Notes: generated by a model not told the origin, from the sequence alone. A DNA stretch of 32,000 bases from Candidatus Kuenenia stuttgartensis (GCF_900232105.1 NZ_LT934425.1:4110001-4142000), one strand, 5' to 3'. Counted from the first letter of the stretch, positions 1-9,816 are shown. Made by a program: numbers and translations.

Positions 1-477
1 GGTGACCTCTTTCAACTCACGACCAATAAGTTTTTCTATTTGTTGTGTCTTTTCGGCAAATTGCGGGGACTTTTTAGGATTCGCGTGTGTCGAATCCTTC
101 CAGTCATTCACAAACCCAGGCGTAACCTCTTCATGGCACGTAACACAATCAGTAGGTTTAAATCTTTCTAAAAGTTGGTCATAATAAGTACCATCTGGTT
201 TCACGTAGTGCCTCCCCGGGAACCAATACATCTGCAATGGCACTGGTTTATATAACTCCATCCAGGGCCCTGCACCCTTTTCCAGCCCAACATTAGCCCC
301 GAGCCAATCCCACATTGGCAATGGTTCATTTGGATATAGAATCTCATAGTAACTGGTTGCTTTTTTTTGTAATTCTTTTAAATTTGCCTCAGCCTTCACT
401 TCTTTAACATTTGAAAAAAAGACACACATTAAAAAAGGGATAGCGATTAGTACCGCTCTCATCCTGTGAAACTTCAT
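1..477 (-). CDS. Hydroxylamine oxidoreductase-like multiheme cytochrome c, N-terminal part (runs off left edge)
   Basis: Reverse-strand translation from ATG at 477 stays open to the window edge: signal-like N-terminus MKFHRMRAVLIAIPFLMCVFFSNV, then ...GANVGLEKGAGPWMELYKPVPLQMYWFPGRHYVKPDGTYYYDQ...DCVTCHEEVTPGFVNDWKDS. The CVTCH heme motif in HAO-family context is at the end of a bc1-type operon. Confidence 0.75.
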   Translation of the reverse strand, partial: MKFHRMRAVLIAIPFLMCVFFSNVKEVKAEANLKELQKKATSYYEILYPNEPLPMWDWLGANVGLEKGAGPWMELYKPVPLQMYWFPGRHYVKPDGTYYDQLLERFKPTDCVTCHEEVTPGFVNDWKDSTHANPKKSPQFAEKTQQIEKLIGRELKEVT

Positions 478-560
478 TATTTTGCCTCCTCTTCCACTAA
501 ATCCAGCATTATAATATTTCGTTTAAAAGATCCGCTTTACTGTTTAACTCTTTGAAAATG

Positions 561-1652
561 TCAATTTATTTTAGGGAGTTTGAATTCTTGCAAGCCTATA
601 TCATCAGTGGCAGTAGTTTTATATGGTTCTGTATGTTCCGGAAAAAACCATTCATCACCTTTGCCATATTCCTGAAAAAATTTCAAACGCATTTCGTGAG
701 CTCTTGTATGATGACAAGGTCCACAAATGTTATAAACTGTCCCAAACGTACCTATTTTCGCTATCTTCTGCCCTTCGGGAGCCTTACCAACTTCCATGAA
801 ATATGCATATGTTTCACCTGCACCGTGACAAGCTTCACATGTTACCCCTTCTTCCGAGTAAGTACCGGTATCTGCATCATACCCAGTTGTATGACACTTA
901 AAACATGTTGTTCTGTATGCCTCATTCCCCGCGATATAATCAGGCGCCTTTTTTACTTTTTCGAATGTCTTAAATTTTATCCGCTGCCATCTTTCAACAT
1001 GCGGAGAGGTTAGCCCGGTATGGCATTTCAAACACTTGTCACTCCCTACATAAATATTCTTATCACCCGTTATGCAAAAACGCTTGAAATCCCCCATTTC
1101 AATTCGCTGATTTGGGTCATTCTCTTCCGGGGTTAACGTTGCAAGTTCATCCCAAAATTCAAACAAAGGTTCCGCAGTTTTCAGTTTTTTCAACATATCT
1201 CGTCTTCCGACAACCATACCCTCATGCGCCATTTCTTCATTAAGCGCCCTTCCAATCCCACCGTGACAAACTGTACATCCGTAAATATCAGACGGAAAAT
1301 ATTTTGTGTTAGGATGAACCGCTACAAGTTTCCTTTCGTCAATGTGGCATGTTATACATCTGTCAACTTTATCGCCATTTTTGCCGTCTGTCCACGCATA
1401 GTCGCCTTTTAAAAGAATCTGCTTCACTTCGTACTTTGGACTTTTCAAAGAGGTTAGCCTCTTGCCCAACATTTCTCTTTCCTGTACTGAAGTCGCGGCA
1501 TTAAACTCCCTCTCAACTTCCTTTGCATTTTCTTTGTAATATTCTTCCTGATATTTCTTCCATTCAGGATTGAATTCTTCGTTGAACCAAACAAGCGTGC
1601 TGATAAAAAACATGCTACTAAAAACAAAAAATATCAGTCTTTGTATGCTCAT
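561..1652 (-). CDS. Hexaheme c-type cytochrome, membrane anchored
   Basis: Six CXXCH motifs (CITCH, CTVCH, CLKCH, CFKCH, CEACH, CGPCH) and an N-terminal hydrophobic segment. Confidence 0.85.
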   Translation of the reverse strand: MSIQRLIFFVFSSMFFISTLVWFNEEFNPEWKKYQEEYYKENAKEVEREFNAATSVQEREMLGKRLTSLKSPKYEVKQILLKGDYAWTDGKNGDKVDRCITCHIDERKLVAVHPNTKYFPSDIYGCTVCHGGIGRALNEEMAHEGMVVGRRDMLKKLKTAEPLFEFWDELATLTPEENDPNQRIEMGDFKRFCITGDKNIYVGSDKCLKCHTGLTSPHVERWQRIKFKTFEKVKKAPDYIAGNEAYRTTCFKCHTTGYDADTGTYSEEGVTCEACHGAGETYAYFMEVGKAPEGQKIAKIGTFGTVYNICGPCHHTRAHEMRLKFFQEYGKGDEWFFPEHTEPYKTTATDDIGLQEFKLPKIN

Positions 1653-1689
1653 AAATCACCTGCCATAAGAAATATTTTTTGTACTAAAA

Positions 1690-2412
1690 TCATATGTTAA
1701 TCCAAGGTGTCGCTATAATATACTTAATATTAAAAGCAATCCTTAAAAACATTTTTAATACAATACCAATCATTGTAAGCATAAGCCCCATCGTTATGAC
1801 ATAACGTATAACGCCTATCCTATTAAAAAAATTACTATTAACCAAAATGGGAACAACTAATCCAACGAAATAAAAGCCTAACAACAATGCCATACCTACC
1901 GACAACGGCATATTATGTAAAGGCGGAGGCGTTGGAAAATCATGCGTCCATTTTTCCCACGGCCAAAAGAAAGACCAAAAAGGCCCTCTCAATGCTGTTC
2001 CGATATAAATTAAAATATACCAGAATATATAGCCAGACATGAAAGCGCTTACTGCAAACTTTCTTTCTCTGAATGTATAATAACCGTTCCCCTTGGGATT
2101 GTTATCAATGTATGGTATAACAATCAACCCTAAAACTATTATACCAGGAAGTACAACACCTGCAAACCAAGGGTCAAAATAAACTAAAGCCTCCTGTAAT
2201 CCCAAAAAATACCACGGCGCTTTTGCTGGATTTTCAGCTTGCCCTGGATTTGACAACTCACGTAACGGCGCATCTACAAAATATGAATAAACAAGAAGCC
2301 CAACGGTAACAAATATAGCCGCCAAAAACTCTTTAGCTACCAAGTTGGGCCATGTAAAGACCTTATCATCTTTGATTTCAATAGAAACACTTCTTCGCTC
2401 ACTAACTTCCAT
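1690..2412 (-). CDS. Cytochrome b/b6f complex subunit IV-like membrane protein
   Basis: PAKAPWYFLGLQEALVYFDPW resembles the PDPAKTPWYFLGLQE signature of cytochrome b C-terminal half/PetD; several TM helices; adjacent to cytochrome b N-terminal half. Confidence 0.8.
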   Translation of the reverse strand: MEVSERRSVSIEIKDDKVFTWPNLVAKEFLAAIFVTVGLLVYSYFVDAPLRELSNPGQAENPAKAPWYFLGLQEALVYFDPWFAGVVLPGIIVLGLIVIPYIDNNPKGNGYYTFRERKFAVSAFMSGYIFWYILIYIGTALRGPFWSFFWPWEKWTHDFPTPPPLHNMPLSVGMALLLGFYFVGLVVPILVNSNFFNRIGVIRYVITMGLMLTMIGIVLKMFLRIAFNIKYIIATPWINI

Positions 2413-2453
2413 GGAACTACTCCTCTGAAATTCCGATGAAACAAAAATTTAAA

Positions 2454-3224
2454 CTATAACGGGCCAGAAATGCCGCCATCCTTACGAACTCTCCAAAAAT
2501 GAACCATCATAAGAGCAGAGGCGATAACAGGTATACCGATACAGTGCCACACATAAGCACGCAACAACGCAGGGGCCCCAATTGATGTGCCTCCCAATAA
2601 GGCAAATCGGATATCATTATTTGCCTCCATTCCTAAAATATAAGCAAAGGGGCCTTCATGTCCTAACAAGGGGGTCGCCCTCGCCATGTTCGTGCCAACA
2701 GTAATAGCCCAATATCCCAATTGATCCCAAGGTAACAAATAACCTGTAAAACTTAGCAAAAATGTTAACACTAGCAAAAAAACACCCACCACCCAATTGA
2801 ACTGACGCGGCGGTTTGTAAGAGCCTGTCAAAAACACCCGCAACATATGAATACTCACGGTAATAACCATTGCATGAGCGCCCCAACGATGTGAATTTCT
2901 TAAAAATCTCCCAAATGGCACCACATACATCAAATCGACGGTGTCAGCATATGCCCTGTTTACATCTGGTGTATAATAAAACATGAGCAAAATACCGGTC
3001 AATGCTTCAAATAGAAAAATAAAAAACGTAATCCCACCCATACACCAGGTAAACCGTATCTTTGTACCGTGTTCTCGCACCTTCGCCGGATGCAAATGCA
3101 ACCATACATTACTGATTATCTGAAGGACTCTGTTCCTTGGGGTATCTGCATAACCATGCCGGAATACAGACCTCCAAATTTCATTCTCTGTAATCAATCT
3201 TTTTAATTCATTCAGTGATTTCAT
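2454..3224 (-). CDS. Cytochrome b (b6-type N-terminal half)
   Basis: Conserved [43 protein letters not shown] and [15 protein letters not shown] motifs. Confidence 0.9.
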   Translation of the reverse strand: MKSLNELKRLITENEIWRSVFRHGYADTPRNRVLQIISNVWLHLHPAKVREHGTKIRFTWCMGGITFFIFLFEALTGILLMFYYTPDVNRAYADTVDLMYVVPFGRFLRNSHRWGAHAMVITVSIHMLRVFLTGSYKPPRQFNWVVGVFLLVLTFLLSFTGYLLPWDQLGYWAITVGTNMARATPLLGHEGPFAYILGMEANNDIRFALLGGTSIGAPALLRAYVWHCIGIPVIASALMMVHFWRVRKDGGISGPL

Positions 3225-3306
3225 TTAAACATCCCCTTCTCAGCTATACTTTTATCTTTATGCTCTCTTTTCATGATTAATATACCCTCCAACCTCCCCC
3301 CTTTCT

Positions 3307-5052
3307 TTATAGAAATTTATTAACGTCCTCATTGGGTTTCCATAATACACGCTTCATAGATATCACATTTACAGGACAATCTTTACAATTTCCACAACGA
3401 ATACATTTATCAGTATATTTAATTACAATACCATCCTTGCTCATAAATGGCTTGTGTTCTTTACTTTGGTCAAATGCATCCACTTGTTTAAGCGCACCTA
3501 CAGGACACACCATGCTGCAACGCCCGCACAGCACGCATTCATTTGTTTCAACATTTATCGTAAGGTCACACTTAAGACATCTGTTTGCTTCTCTTGCCGC
3601 CTGAAATTCATCTAAGCCAAGCTCGACTAGATCAAAATTGCCTTCTCTCTCGTGTTCTGGCAACAATCGCATATCTTGACGGAGTGTTGCATCATAATTT
3701 TCTTCTCGCAAATCAATTTCACTATCAAGAAGCGTTACCCAAACTTTTTTCTTAGGCTCCTCCAACGGTTCACCGTTTATAAACCTGTCAATAGAATTGG
3801 CAGCTAAATGGCCCTGTGCGATACATTCTATTATTGTGCTAGGGCCTAATGTGACATCTCCCCCTGCAAAAATACCCTTTTTACTTGTTGCAAGATTCCC
3901 ATCAACAGCAATGGTTCCCCATTTATTAACTTTCAAACCATGCTTATCCCCTAAGAATTTTAAATCTGGTTCCTGGCTGATTGCAGAAATAACACAGTCA
4001 GTATCAATGATAAAAGTGGAATCCGGAATAGGCTCAGGCCTTCTTCTTCCACTTTCATCTGGTTTTCCCAACCGCATCTTAATACATTCCAAACCTTTTG
4101 CCTTCCCATTCTCGGTTACAATTTTCACTGGAGCAGCCAAAAAGTGGAAACTTACCCCTTCGTGCTCAGCTTCTTCAACCTCCCACGACAATGCTGGCAT
4201 CTCTTCCCTGGTTCTTCTATAAACGATGGAAACATTTTTGGATAGACGCTTTGCAGTTCTTGCTGCATCTACGGCAGAATTACCGCCACCAATTACAACG
4301 ATATTTTCGCCGGGTTTCCTAGTATCACCAGCACTAACATTTTTCAAAAATACAAGACAATCCATTACACCATCAGTGCCTTCTTCTCCCGCTATTTCAA
4401 GGCGTTTGCCAATTTGTGCACCTACAGCAATAAACACCGCATCATATCCCATTTCCAGTAAATCAGAAAAAGATTTACCTTTGCCTCCAATCGGAGTGTT
4501 TGTCTTTATTTGCACGCCTCTTTCTAAAATATGGCTAACATCAAACATAATCTGGTCGCGAGGCAACCTATAAGATGGAATAGCCCACATCATCATACCG
4601 CCTACCTGGGCTTCTTTTTCAAATACGGTCACTTTATATCCCATCCCTGCAAGGTCAAAAGCCGCAGTCAACCCCGCCGGTCCAGCTCCTATAATCGCTA
4701 CCTTCTGTTTTTTCTTCACTACCGCCGGAGCAGGAATTTTTATTTTATTTTTAAAAACATAATCAGTGACAAATCTCTTTAAAGCATCGATAGCAACAGG
4801 CCGGTCAAAATCCCCGCGCTTACATTTAGATTCACATGGATGAGGGCAGACGTAACCACACACCGCGGGAAAAGGGTTTGTTTCCTTCATAAGTCTGTAA
4901 GATTCTTCAAACTTACCTTGGCTAATTAATCGTATATATCCCGGTACATCCATATGCGCCGGACAACGGTGCTGACAACGTATGTTTTCTCTCAACCAAT
5001 CCAAATCTAAAAGTGCGCGTATTCCTTGTTCTGGTATTGTTGTTTGAGTCAT
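3307..5052 (-). CDS. GltD-like FAD-dependent NAD(P) oxidoreductase with C-terminal ferredoxin domain
   Basis: N-terminal Cys-rich RCPAHMDVPGYI...CGYVCPHPCESKCKRG, FAD motif VAIIGAGPAGLTAAFDL, NAD(P) motif IVVIGGGNSAVDAARTAKRL, C-terminal CVLCGRCSMVCPVGAL and CIRCGNCKDCPVN. Confidence 0.88.
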   Translation of the reverse strand: MTQTTIPEQGIRALLDLDWLRENIRCQHRCPAHMDVPGYIRLISQGKFEESYRLMKETNPFPAVCGYVCPHPCESKCKRGDFDRPVAIDALKRFVTDYVFKNKIKIPAPAVVKKKQKVAIIGAGPAGLTAAFDLAGMGYKVTVFEKEAQVGGMMMWAIPSYRLPRDQIMFDVSHILERGVQIKTNTPIGGKGKSFSDLLEMGYDAVFIAVGAQIGKRLEIAGEEGTDGVMDCLVFLKNVSAGDTRKPGENIVVIGGGNSAVDAARTAKRLSKNVSIVYRRTREEMPALSWEVEEAEHEGVSFHFLAAPVKIVTENGKAKGLECIKMRLGKPDESGRRRPEPIPDSTFIIDTDCVISAISQEPDLKFLGDKHGLKVNKWGTIAVDGNLATSKKGIFAGGDVTLGPSTIIECIAQGHLAANSIDRFINGEPLEEPKKKVWVTLLDSEIDLREENYDATLRQDMRLLPEHEREGNFDLVELGLDEFQAAREANRCLKCDLTINVETNECVLCGRCSMVCPVGALKQVDAFDQSKEHKPFMSKDGIVIKYTDKCIRCGNCKDCPVNVISMKRVLWKPNEDVNKFL

Positions 5053-5086
5053 TGAAGTATCTTTCTAAATAAATCCAAAAAAAATC

Positions 5087-5626
5087 CTACACAATTAACT
5101 CTGTCTCTAACGGTACTTTCACGCTTGTATCAACAGCCAATTTCCCATTATTGTCAAGTATCATCTGCAAATGATCTAATGGCCGTGGCGCTGGCCCCGC
5201 GAAATTTACACCGTTGCGGTAATATTTACTTCCATGGCATGGACATTCGAATATATTTTTTTCTTTTGAAAACTCTACTGCACAACCAAGATGCGTACAA
5301 ACAACAGAGATTGCTTTAAAACTATCTGCGTCACGAACAACAAATATTTTTCTCGATTTCAAAGTAGTAACCGAGCCTACAGGAAACTGTTTCGGTTCGC
5401 CAACAAAAAACCTTGGCGACGGTTCAAAAAGTACTTTTGGATAGAAGAATCCTTTATAACCAAACAATTGACTTAAATAAGCTCCTATCGCGGCAAAAAA
5501 CAAACCCCAACCAGCTAATGTCAGGAAATTTCTGCGAGATATAGTAAACCAGATACCCCCTTCTTTCCCTGATTCACAGCATTTGTTTTCATCTTTTTTT
5601 GATCCCATAATTACCTCCTCAATCAA
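5087..5626 (-). CDS. Rieske [2Fe-2S] iron-sulfur protein
   Basis: CTHLGCAVEFSKEKNIFECPCHGSKY Rieske cluster motif; N-terminal TM/Tat-like RRNFLTLAGWG. Annotated start may be downstream at the second Met. Confidence 0.92.
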   Translation of the reverse strand: MIEEVIMGSKKDENKCCESGKEGGIWFTISRRNFLTLAGWGLFFAAIGAYLSQLFGYKGFFYPKVLFEPSPRFFVGEPKQFPVGSVTTLKSRKIFVVRDADSFKAISVVCTHLGCAVEFSKEKNIFECPCHGSKYYRNGVNFAGPAPRPLDHLQMILDNNGKLAVDTSVKVPLETELIV

Positions 5627-5971
5627 TTGAATTTGATTTTCTCAGGGTTGTACTCGATCACTTTTATGCACAACATTTAATCAGAAAACTATCTTTAATC
5701 TTTATAACGTTTTAATGCTTGATTTGTTAATCGTTATACACTTTCACTTTCAACGGTAAAAATAATTAAAATTTCATTTGTACTGTTTTTTTCTTTGGAA
5801 CAGCTTCTGTTAGTACTTAATTGTAAAATTAAGAGAGCAGGATATAGTAGGACTAATGGATTATCGATTAAAGGGTACATACTCGATGCGAGTCAAACGT
5901 ATATTTAGGGTCGAATAATAAAGATATCAAAAAGAAATGTCAAGAATATTTTGATAAACCAAAAGATATTT

Positions 5972-6217
5972 TTATACCTTCTTAATCAGGATTCTATAAC
6001 TATTATCCAAGTTCTCCACCTTAACTATTTTATGGCCTTCTTCCTTTATGCTTCTGGGAACACTTCTCATCGGTTCTCCATCATCTAATATAACTTCCAA
6101 AATTTGACCGGTATCCAACATCTCCAGTTTCAATTTTGTTTTTACAAAGTTAATAGGACAAAGCACTCCCCTTAAATCAATTTTATCATCCGGAACAAAT
6201 TCCTCTTTCTCTGTCAC
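5972..6217 (-). CDS. TusA/SirA family sulfurtransferase
   Basis: DLRGVLCPINFVKTKLKLEML...GQILEVILDDGEPMRSVPRSIKEEGHKI; CPxx active-site motif of the TusA family. Confidence 0.88.
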   Translation of the reverse strand: MTEKEEFVPDDKIDLRGVLCPINFVKTKLKLEMLDTGQILEVILDDGEPMRSVPRSIKEEGHKIVKVENLDNSYRILIKKV

Positions 6218-6262
6218 TTATACATCCCCAAAAAATAACAAAATAAATATGTACTGTAAAAA

Positions 6263-6682
6263 TTACCCGATACAATTAATTTTTTCTTCTATAAATAATT
6301 TTCTCTTTTCATCAAAAATCCACGCTCTGAATTCAATATCTTTCCGTTTTTCCACTGAAACGATCATATAGGAATAACCACTCCAAGCATTCTCTGTGTC
6401 AAATGCCGAAGGAACTGCAGGATGATCGGGATGTGAATGATAAATGCCTATAATTTGTAATCCTTTTTTGGAAGCGATTCTGTCTGTCTTCATGAAATCC
6501 TTACCGGATATTTCGTATCTATCCTGCGTTCTTTCTGTATTTTTATTTTGAACAGCATGTACCTCTACTACTTTTTTTTCTGAAGTATTCATGCCGACTA
6601 ATAACCCGCAACATTCTAAAGGGTAGTTCTTTATTACCTCATTTTTAATACTGTTTAACTCATTTTTACCGATGTGTAACAA
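6263..6682 (-). CDS. M67/JAMM family metallopeptidase (Mec-like)
   Basis: E-x(n)-HSHPDHPAVPSAFD (HxHPxxxxxxS..D) JAMM motif and YPLECCGLLVG. Confidence 0.88.
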   Translation of the reverse strand: MLHIGKNELNSIKNEVIKNYPLECCGLLVGMNTSEKKVVEVHAVQNKNTERTQDRYEISGKDFMKTDRIASKKGLQIIGIYHSHPDHPAVPSAFDTENAWSGYSYMIVSVEKRKDIEFRAWIFDEKRKLFIEEKINCIG

Positions 6683-6723
6683 TTCCTCAGTACCTCAAAT
6701 CTTAAGAAAAGCCTGTACACAAA

Positions 6724-7668
6724 TTACCAAAAACTTGTACTAAGATATCTATCACCCCTGTCGGGAAATATTGTCACAATCATCCCATTTTTAATTTCAT
6801 CCGCTACCTTTAACGATGCTGCAAGGGCGGCGCCAGAAGAATACCCGACAAAAAATCCCTCCTCTGCGGCAAGCCTCTTTACCAATTTATACGCATCTTC
6901 CGTTTCAACATACATTTTCCTGTCGGGAAAATCCTCATTGTAAATGCCAGGAGTAATCGAAGTTTCCATATGCTTCATTCCTTCCAGTCCGTGAATGGAC
7001 GTGTCGGGTTCAACCGATATTACCTGAATATTAGAGTTAAATTTCTTCAACCTTTTTCCCGTACCCATTAATGTGCCACTCGTTCCCAAACAAGCAATAA
7101 AATGGGTTAAGTTACCCTCTGTCTGCTTCCATATTTCAACACCGGTTGTTTCATAGTGCGACATCCAATTTGAAGGGTTATTGTACTGATTGCCATAAAA
7201 ATATTTTGCAGGGGTTTCGTTGACCAGTCTCTTGGCTTCATTCATAGCGCCGTCAGAACCTAATAATGGATCCGTGTATATGGTTTTTGTTCCGAAAGCA
7301 GATACGATTCGTTTTCTTTCCTCACTAACATTTAAGGGCATTACCAAATTAACCTCGTATCCTTTTACTGCACCGATAAACGCATACGCTATGCCGGTAT
7401 TACCCGAAGTCGAATCTATCAATATTTTATCACCGCCCAACTTCCCCGATTTTTCAGCATCTTCGACAATTCGTAACGCGGGACGATCCTTTACAGAGCC
7501 TCCAGGGTTAAACCATTCTGCTTTAACGTAAATTTCTACGTTCCTTTTCTGCAATTCCTTTGTAATTTTGTTAATCCTGATAAGCGGCGTGTTTCCAATT
7601 CTCTCCAAAATTGAATTGCAACGTACTTTTCGGGGCATATCGTTATCTTTTAATATCCCAACCTGCAT
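6724..7668 (-). CDS. PLP-dependent cysteine synthase family protein (CysK/CysM-like)
   Basis: IGNTPLIRI, AEWFNPGGSVKDRPA (PLP lysine), DSTSGNTGIAYA, CLGTSGTLMGTGKRLK, GYSSGAALAA. Confidence 0.92.
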   Translation of the reverse strand: MQVGILKDNDMPRKVRCNSILERIGNTPLIRINKITKELQKRNVEIYVKAEWFNPGGSVKDRPALRIVEDAEKSGKLGGDKILIDSTSGNTGIAYAFIGAVKGYEVNLVMPLNVSEERKRIVSAFGTKTIYTDPLLGSDGAMNEAKRLVNETPAKYFYGNQYNNPSNWMSHYETTGVEIWKQTEGNLTHFIACLGTSGTLMGTGKRLKKFNSNIQVISVEPDTSIHGLEGMKHMETSITPGIYNEDFPDRKMYVETEDAYKLVKRLAAEEGFFVGYSSGAALAASLKVADEIKNGMIVTIFPDRGDRYLSTSFW

Positions 7669-7671
7669 ACA

Positions 7672-8091
7672 TCAAATAAATAATTGTGTTTCTGCTCCAT
7701 CAGCAATTTCTATTATTGTTGTCAAGCCAAGAATATCATCTACTTTCGATTTTACTTTTACTTCTTCAAGATCCATTAACTTCACGGCTCCCGAACATGC
7801 ATACAGTTTTAAATTTCCAAGAGATCTCACCTCTTCCAGTAGTTCTTTGAGCGGTGCTGGGTTCATATCTACCATACGTTTCCTCAACCCTTCGCCTTCC
7901 TCTCCAAATTCAGAACCCAAAATTTCCGGCGAAAATTCTTCATTAACAAAACGTTTCAATGCCCCAAAAAAGAGGAAAATGTACGTTTCTTTTCCCATTG
8001 AAGCGGCAGTAATAGCCAATGTAACAATCTGATAAAGCTTATCGTAGGTTCCACTATGTGCAAATATGACAAATTTTTTTTTCCTGCTCAT
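7672..8091 (-). CDS. DsrE/DsrF-like family protein
   Basis: ORF track gives 7672..8130; a better start is Met at 8091 (MSRKKKFVIFAHSGTYDKLYQIVTLAITAASMGKETYIFLFFGALK). DsrE-like fold pattern with Cys in KLYACSGAVKLM. Confidence 0.75.
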   Translation of the reverse strand: MSRKKKFVIFAHSGTYDKLYQIVTLAITAASMGKETYIFLFFGALKRFVNEEFSPEILGSEFGEEGEGLRKRMVDMNPAPLKELLEEVRSLGNLKLYACSGAVKLMDLEEVKVKSKVDDILGLTTIIEIADGAETQLFI

Positions 8092-8104
8092 TAATAGTAA
8101 TCCT

Positions 8105-9010
8105 TTATGCTTTCGTAAAAGCGCCAGCAACTTCCTTTTTGAATTTGTCCAAACCTACGCGGTCAATACACGTGCCAACTCTTTCTTTCGTTTTACCATT
8201 TTTGTTATACCATTCGATTGTGGCATTCGCAAAATCATTTACTTTCTCATCAGGTAAATAATCAAGAACAACATCCGCTTCACGGGGGTGTCTACCATGT
8301 TTCCCCCCCACTCTTACCAGCCAGCCCTTTTTCTTTTCTTTCCATACATCCATCGGGCAAGCCTTAATACAATCGCCGCAATACACACATTTCGATTGAT
8401 CAAATATAGGTTTTCCCTCTTTATCAGAAACGATAGCACCTTCCAAACACGCCTTTGCGCATAAGGTACACCCATTACAAAAATCTTCTGTCCAAACAGG
8501 ATAAACAACACCCTGAAACCCCAAATCAGACTCCCTCGTTCTCGTACAATCAATCGGGCATCCGGAAAACCCCATTTTGAACTTATGGTGACACGGCGTG
8601 CCGAAAAACTTTTCGTCCACTTCCAGCGCCTTTGCTTGTGTATCCATAATCCCATTCGGATTGTATTCACAACCACCACACGCAGTAGGTACTCTGACCC
8701 TTGGCCCGCAGGAAGCAACTTTTTGATCTACCGTCGCCAGTTCCTTTATTACCGCATCGAAATCGTCAATATGAACCCCAATAATTTCCACCGATTGTCT
8801 GAAACTCAGGTGGCAATATCCCAATCTACTGTATTTCTTCGCAACTTCTGCAATCTTTAACATTTTATCAGGGGTAATTCGACCACCAGGAACTTTTAAC
8901 CGAACCGTAAAAAGATCTTTTTGCGTCTGTTTTATAAATCCTCCGGACTTTAGCTCGTTTAAATCAATCTTTTGTTTCACTGTTTTTTCTGCCATTGCAA
9001 CTCCAGTCAT
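8105..9010 (-). CDS. Siroheme/[4Fe-4S] sulfite reductase-like protein with 2x[4Fe-4S] ferredoxin insert
   Basis: GYCHLSFRQSVEIIGV, ACGGCEYNPNGI...PCHHKFKMGFSGCPIDCTR (siroheme-Fe4S cysteines), CNGCTLCAKAC and CVYCGDCIKACP ferredoxin motifs. Confidence 0.85.
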   Translation of the reverse strand: MTGVAMAEKTVKQKIDLNELKSGGFIKQTQKDLFTVRLKVPGGRITPDKMLKIAEVAKKYSRLGYCHLSFRQSVEIIGVHIDDFDAVIKELATVDQKVASCGPRVRVPTACGGCEYNPNGIMDTQAKALEVDEKFFGTPCHHKFKMGFSGCPIDCTRTRESDLGFQGVVYPVWTEDFCNGCTLCAKACLEGAIVSDKEGKPIFDQSKCVYCGDCIKACPMDVWKEKKKGWLVRVGGKHGRHPREADVVLDYLPDEKVNDFANATIEWYNKNGKTKERVGTCIDRVGLDKFKKEVAGAFTKA

Positions 9011-9141
9011 TTTAATTATAACCGTAACACATCACAGTACTTACGTATACTATCACACCATATTTCTTTCTTAAATTAACATTAGCACTTTGCAAAAACT
9101 AAAGCAAGAAAAAAGAAGTTTTAAACAAAAATCTTCCATAA

Positions 9142-9816
9142 TTATTTACAAATATGTTTCCCTGAAATAATATTCAGCATTTTATTTCTCGTTTCAGAGG
9201 CTCCCTTTTCCTTAAAAAAATCAAACATATCCCATTCCGCAATTCGCTGTAAAATTCCCCGCCTGATTTTTTCGTCAGAAATTTCGCCAAGCACTTTTCT
9301 CCGCATTTCTGACAAAAGTTCTGTAAACTCACTGTATTCATTTCCAAATTGTTTTTCCAGATGCAAACGTATATTGCGCGCAAAAGCAGGGCTTGACCCG
9401 CCGGTAGAAATGGTAATACAAAGATCTCCGCGTACAATAGACGACGGAACAATAAAGGAACAGTAATCCGGTTTATCCACAACATTCACCAGCATCCCCT
9501 TTCTCACCGCATCATGATAGACTTTTTCATTCACCTTTTCATCATCAGTAGATGCGATTACAATTACCGCTCCATTCAAATAGTATTCGTCGTATTTCTG
9601 TTTAACGAGTTCAATGCCTTCTTCCCTTTCCATCTCCGGACAAAACACAGGAGACACTACAACTACCTTTGCACCGGCATTTTTCAAGCTACAAACCTTG
9701 CGCCAGGCAACGTTCCCACCCCCGACCACCACACATTTTTTATTATTAATATTGATTTGCGCCGGGTAATATTTCGACATATTTTCTCCGCAATTAAACC
9801 AATTCCTCGCCTGCAA
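9142..9816 (-). CDS. Precorrin-2 dehydrogenase/sirohydrochlorin ferrochelatase-type protein (CysG N-terminal/Met8p-like)
   Basis: YYPAQININNKKCVVVGGGNVAWRKVCSLKNAGAKVVVVSP, VNVVDKPDYCSFIVPSSIVRGDLCITISTGGSSPAFARNIR. The real start is probably the internal Met (MSKYYPAQ). Confidence 0.9.
   Translation of the reverse strand: MQARNWFNCGENMSKYYPAQININNKKCVVVGGGNVAWRKVCSLKNAGAKVVVVSPVFCPEMEREEGIELVKQKYDEYYLNGAVIVIASTDDEKVNEKVYHDAVRKGMLVNVVDKPDYCSFIVPSSIVRGDLCITISTGGSSPAFARNIRLHLEKQFGNEYSEFTELLSEMRRKVLGEISDEKIRRGILQRIAEWDMFDFFKEKGASETRNKMLNIISGKHICK

Noticed and set aside
552-4782. Plus-strand ORFs antisense to the respiratory operon (552..1013, 1224..1412, 2656..2886, 3332..3604, 3797..4222, 4098..4322, 4226..4573, 4531..4782)
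   Set aside because: They lie opposite strongly supported coding sequences and translate to Cys/Ser/Phe-rich low-complexity products typical of antisense frames.
5627-5971. Possible regulatory or RNA element in the 345-bp gap upstream of the Rieske operon
   Set aside because: AT-rich with no hairpin, riboswitch-like or promoter pattern that I could support by eye.
6218-6262. A missing ThiS-like sulfur carrier hidden between tusA and the JAMM gene
   Set aside because: The gap is only 45 bp with no coding capacity for a carrier protein.
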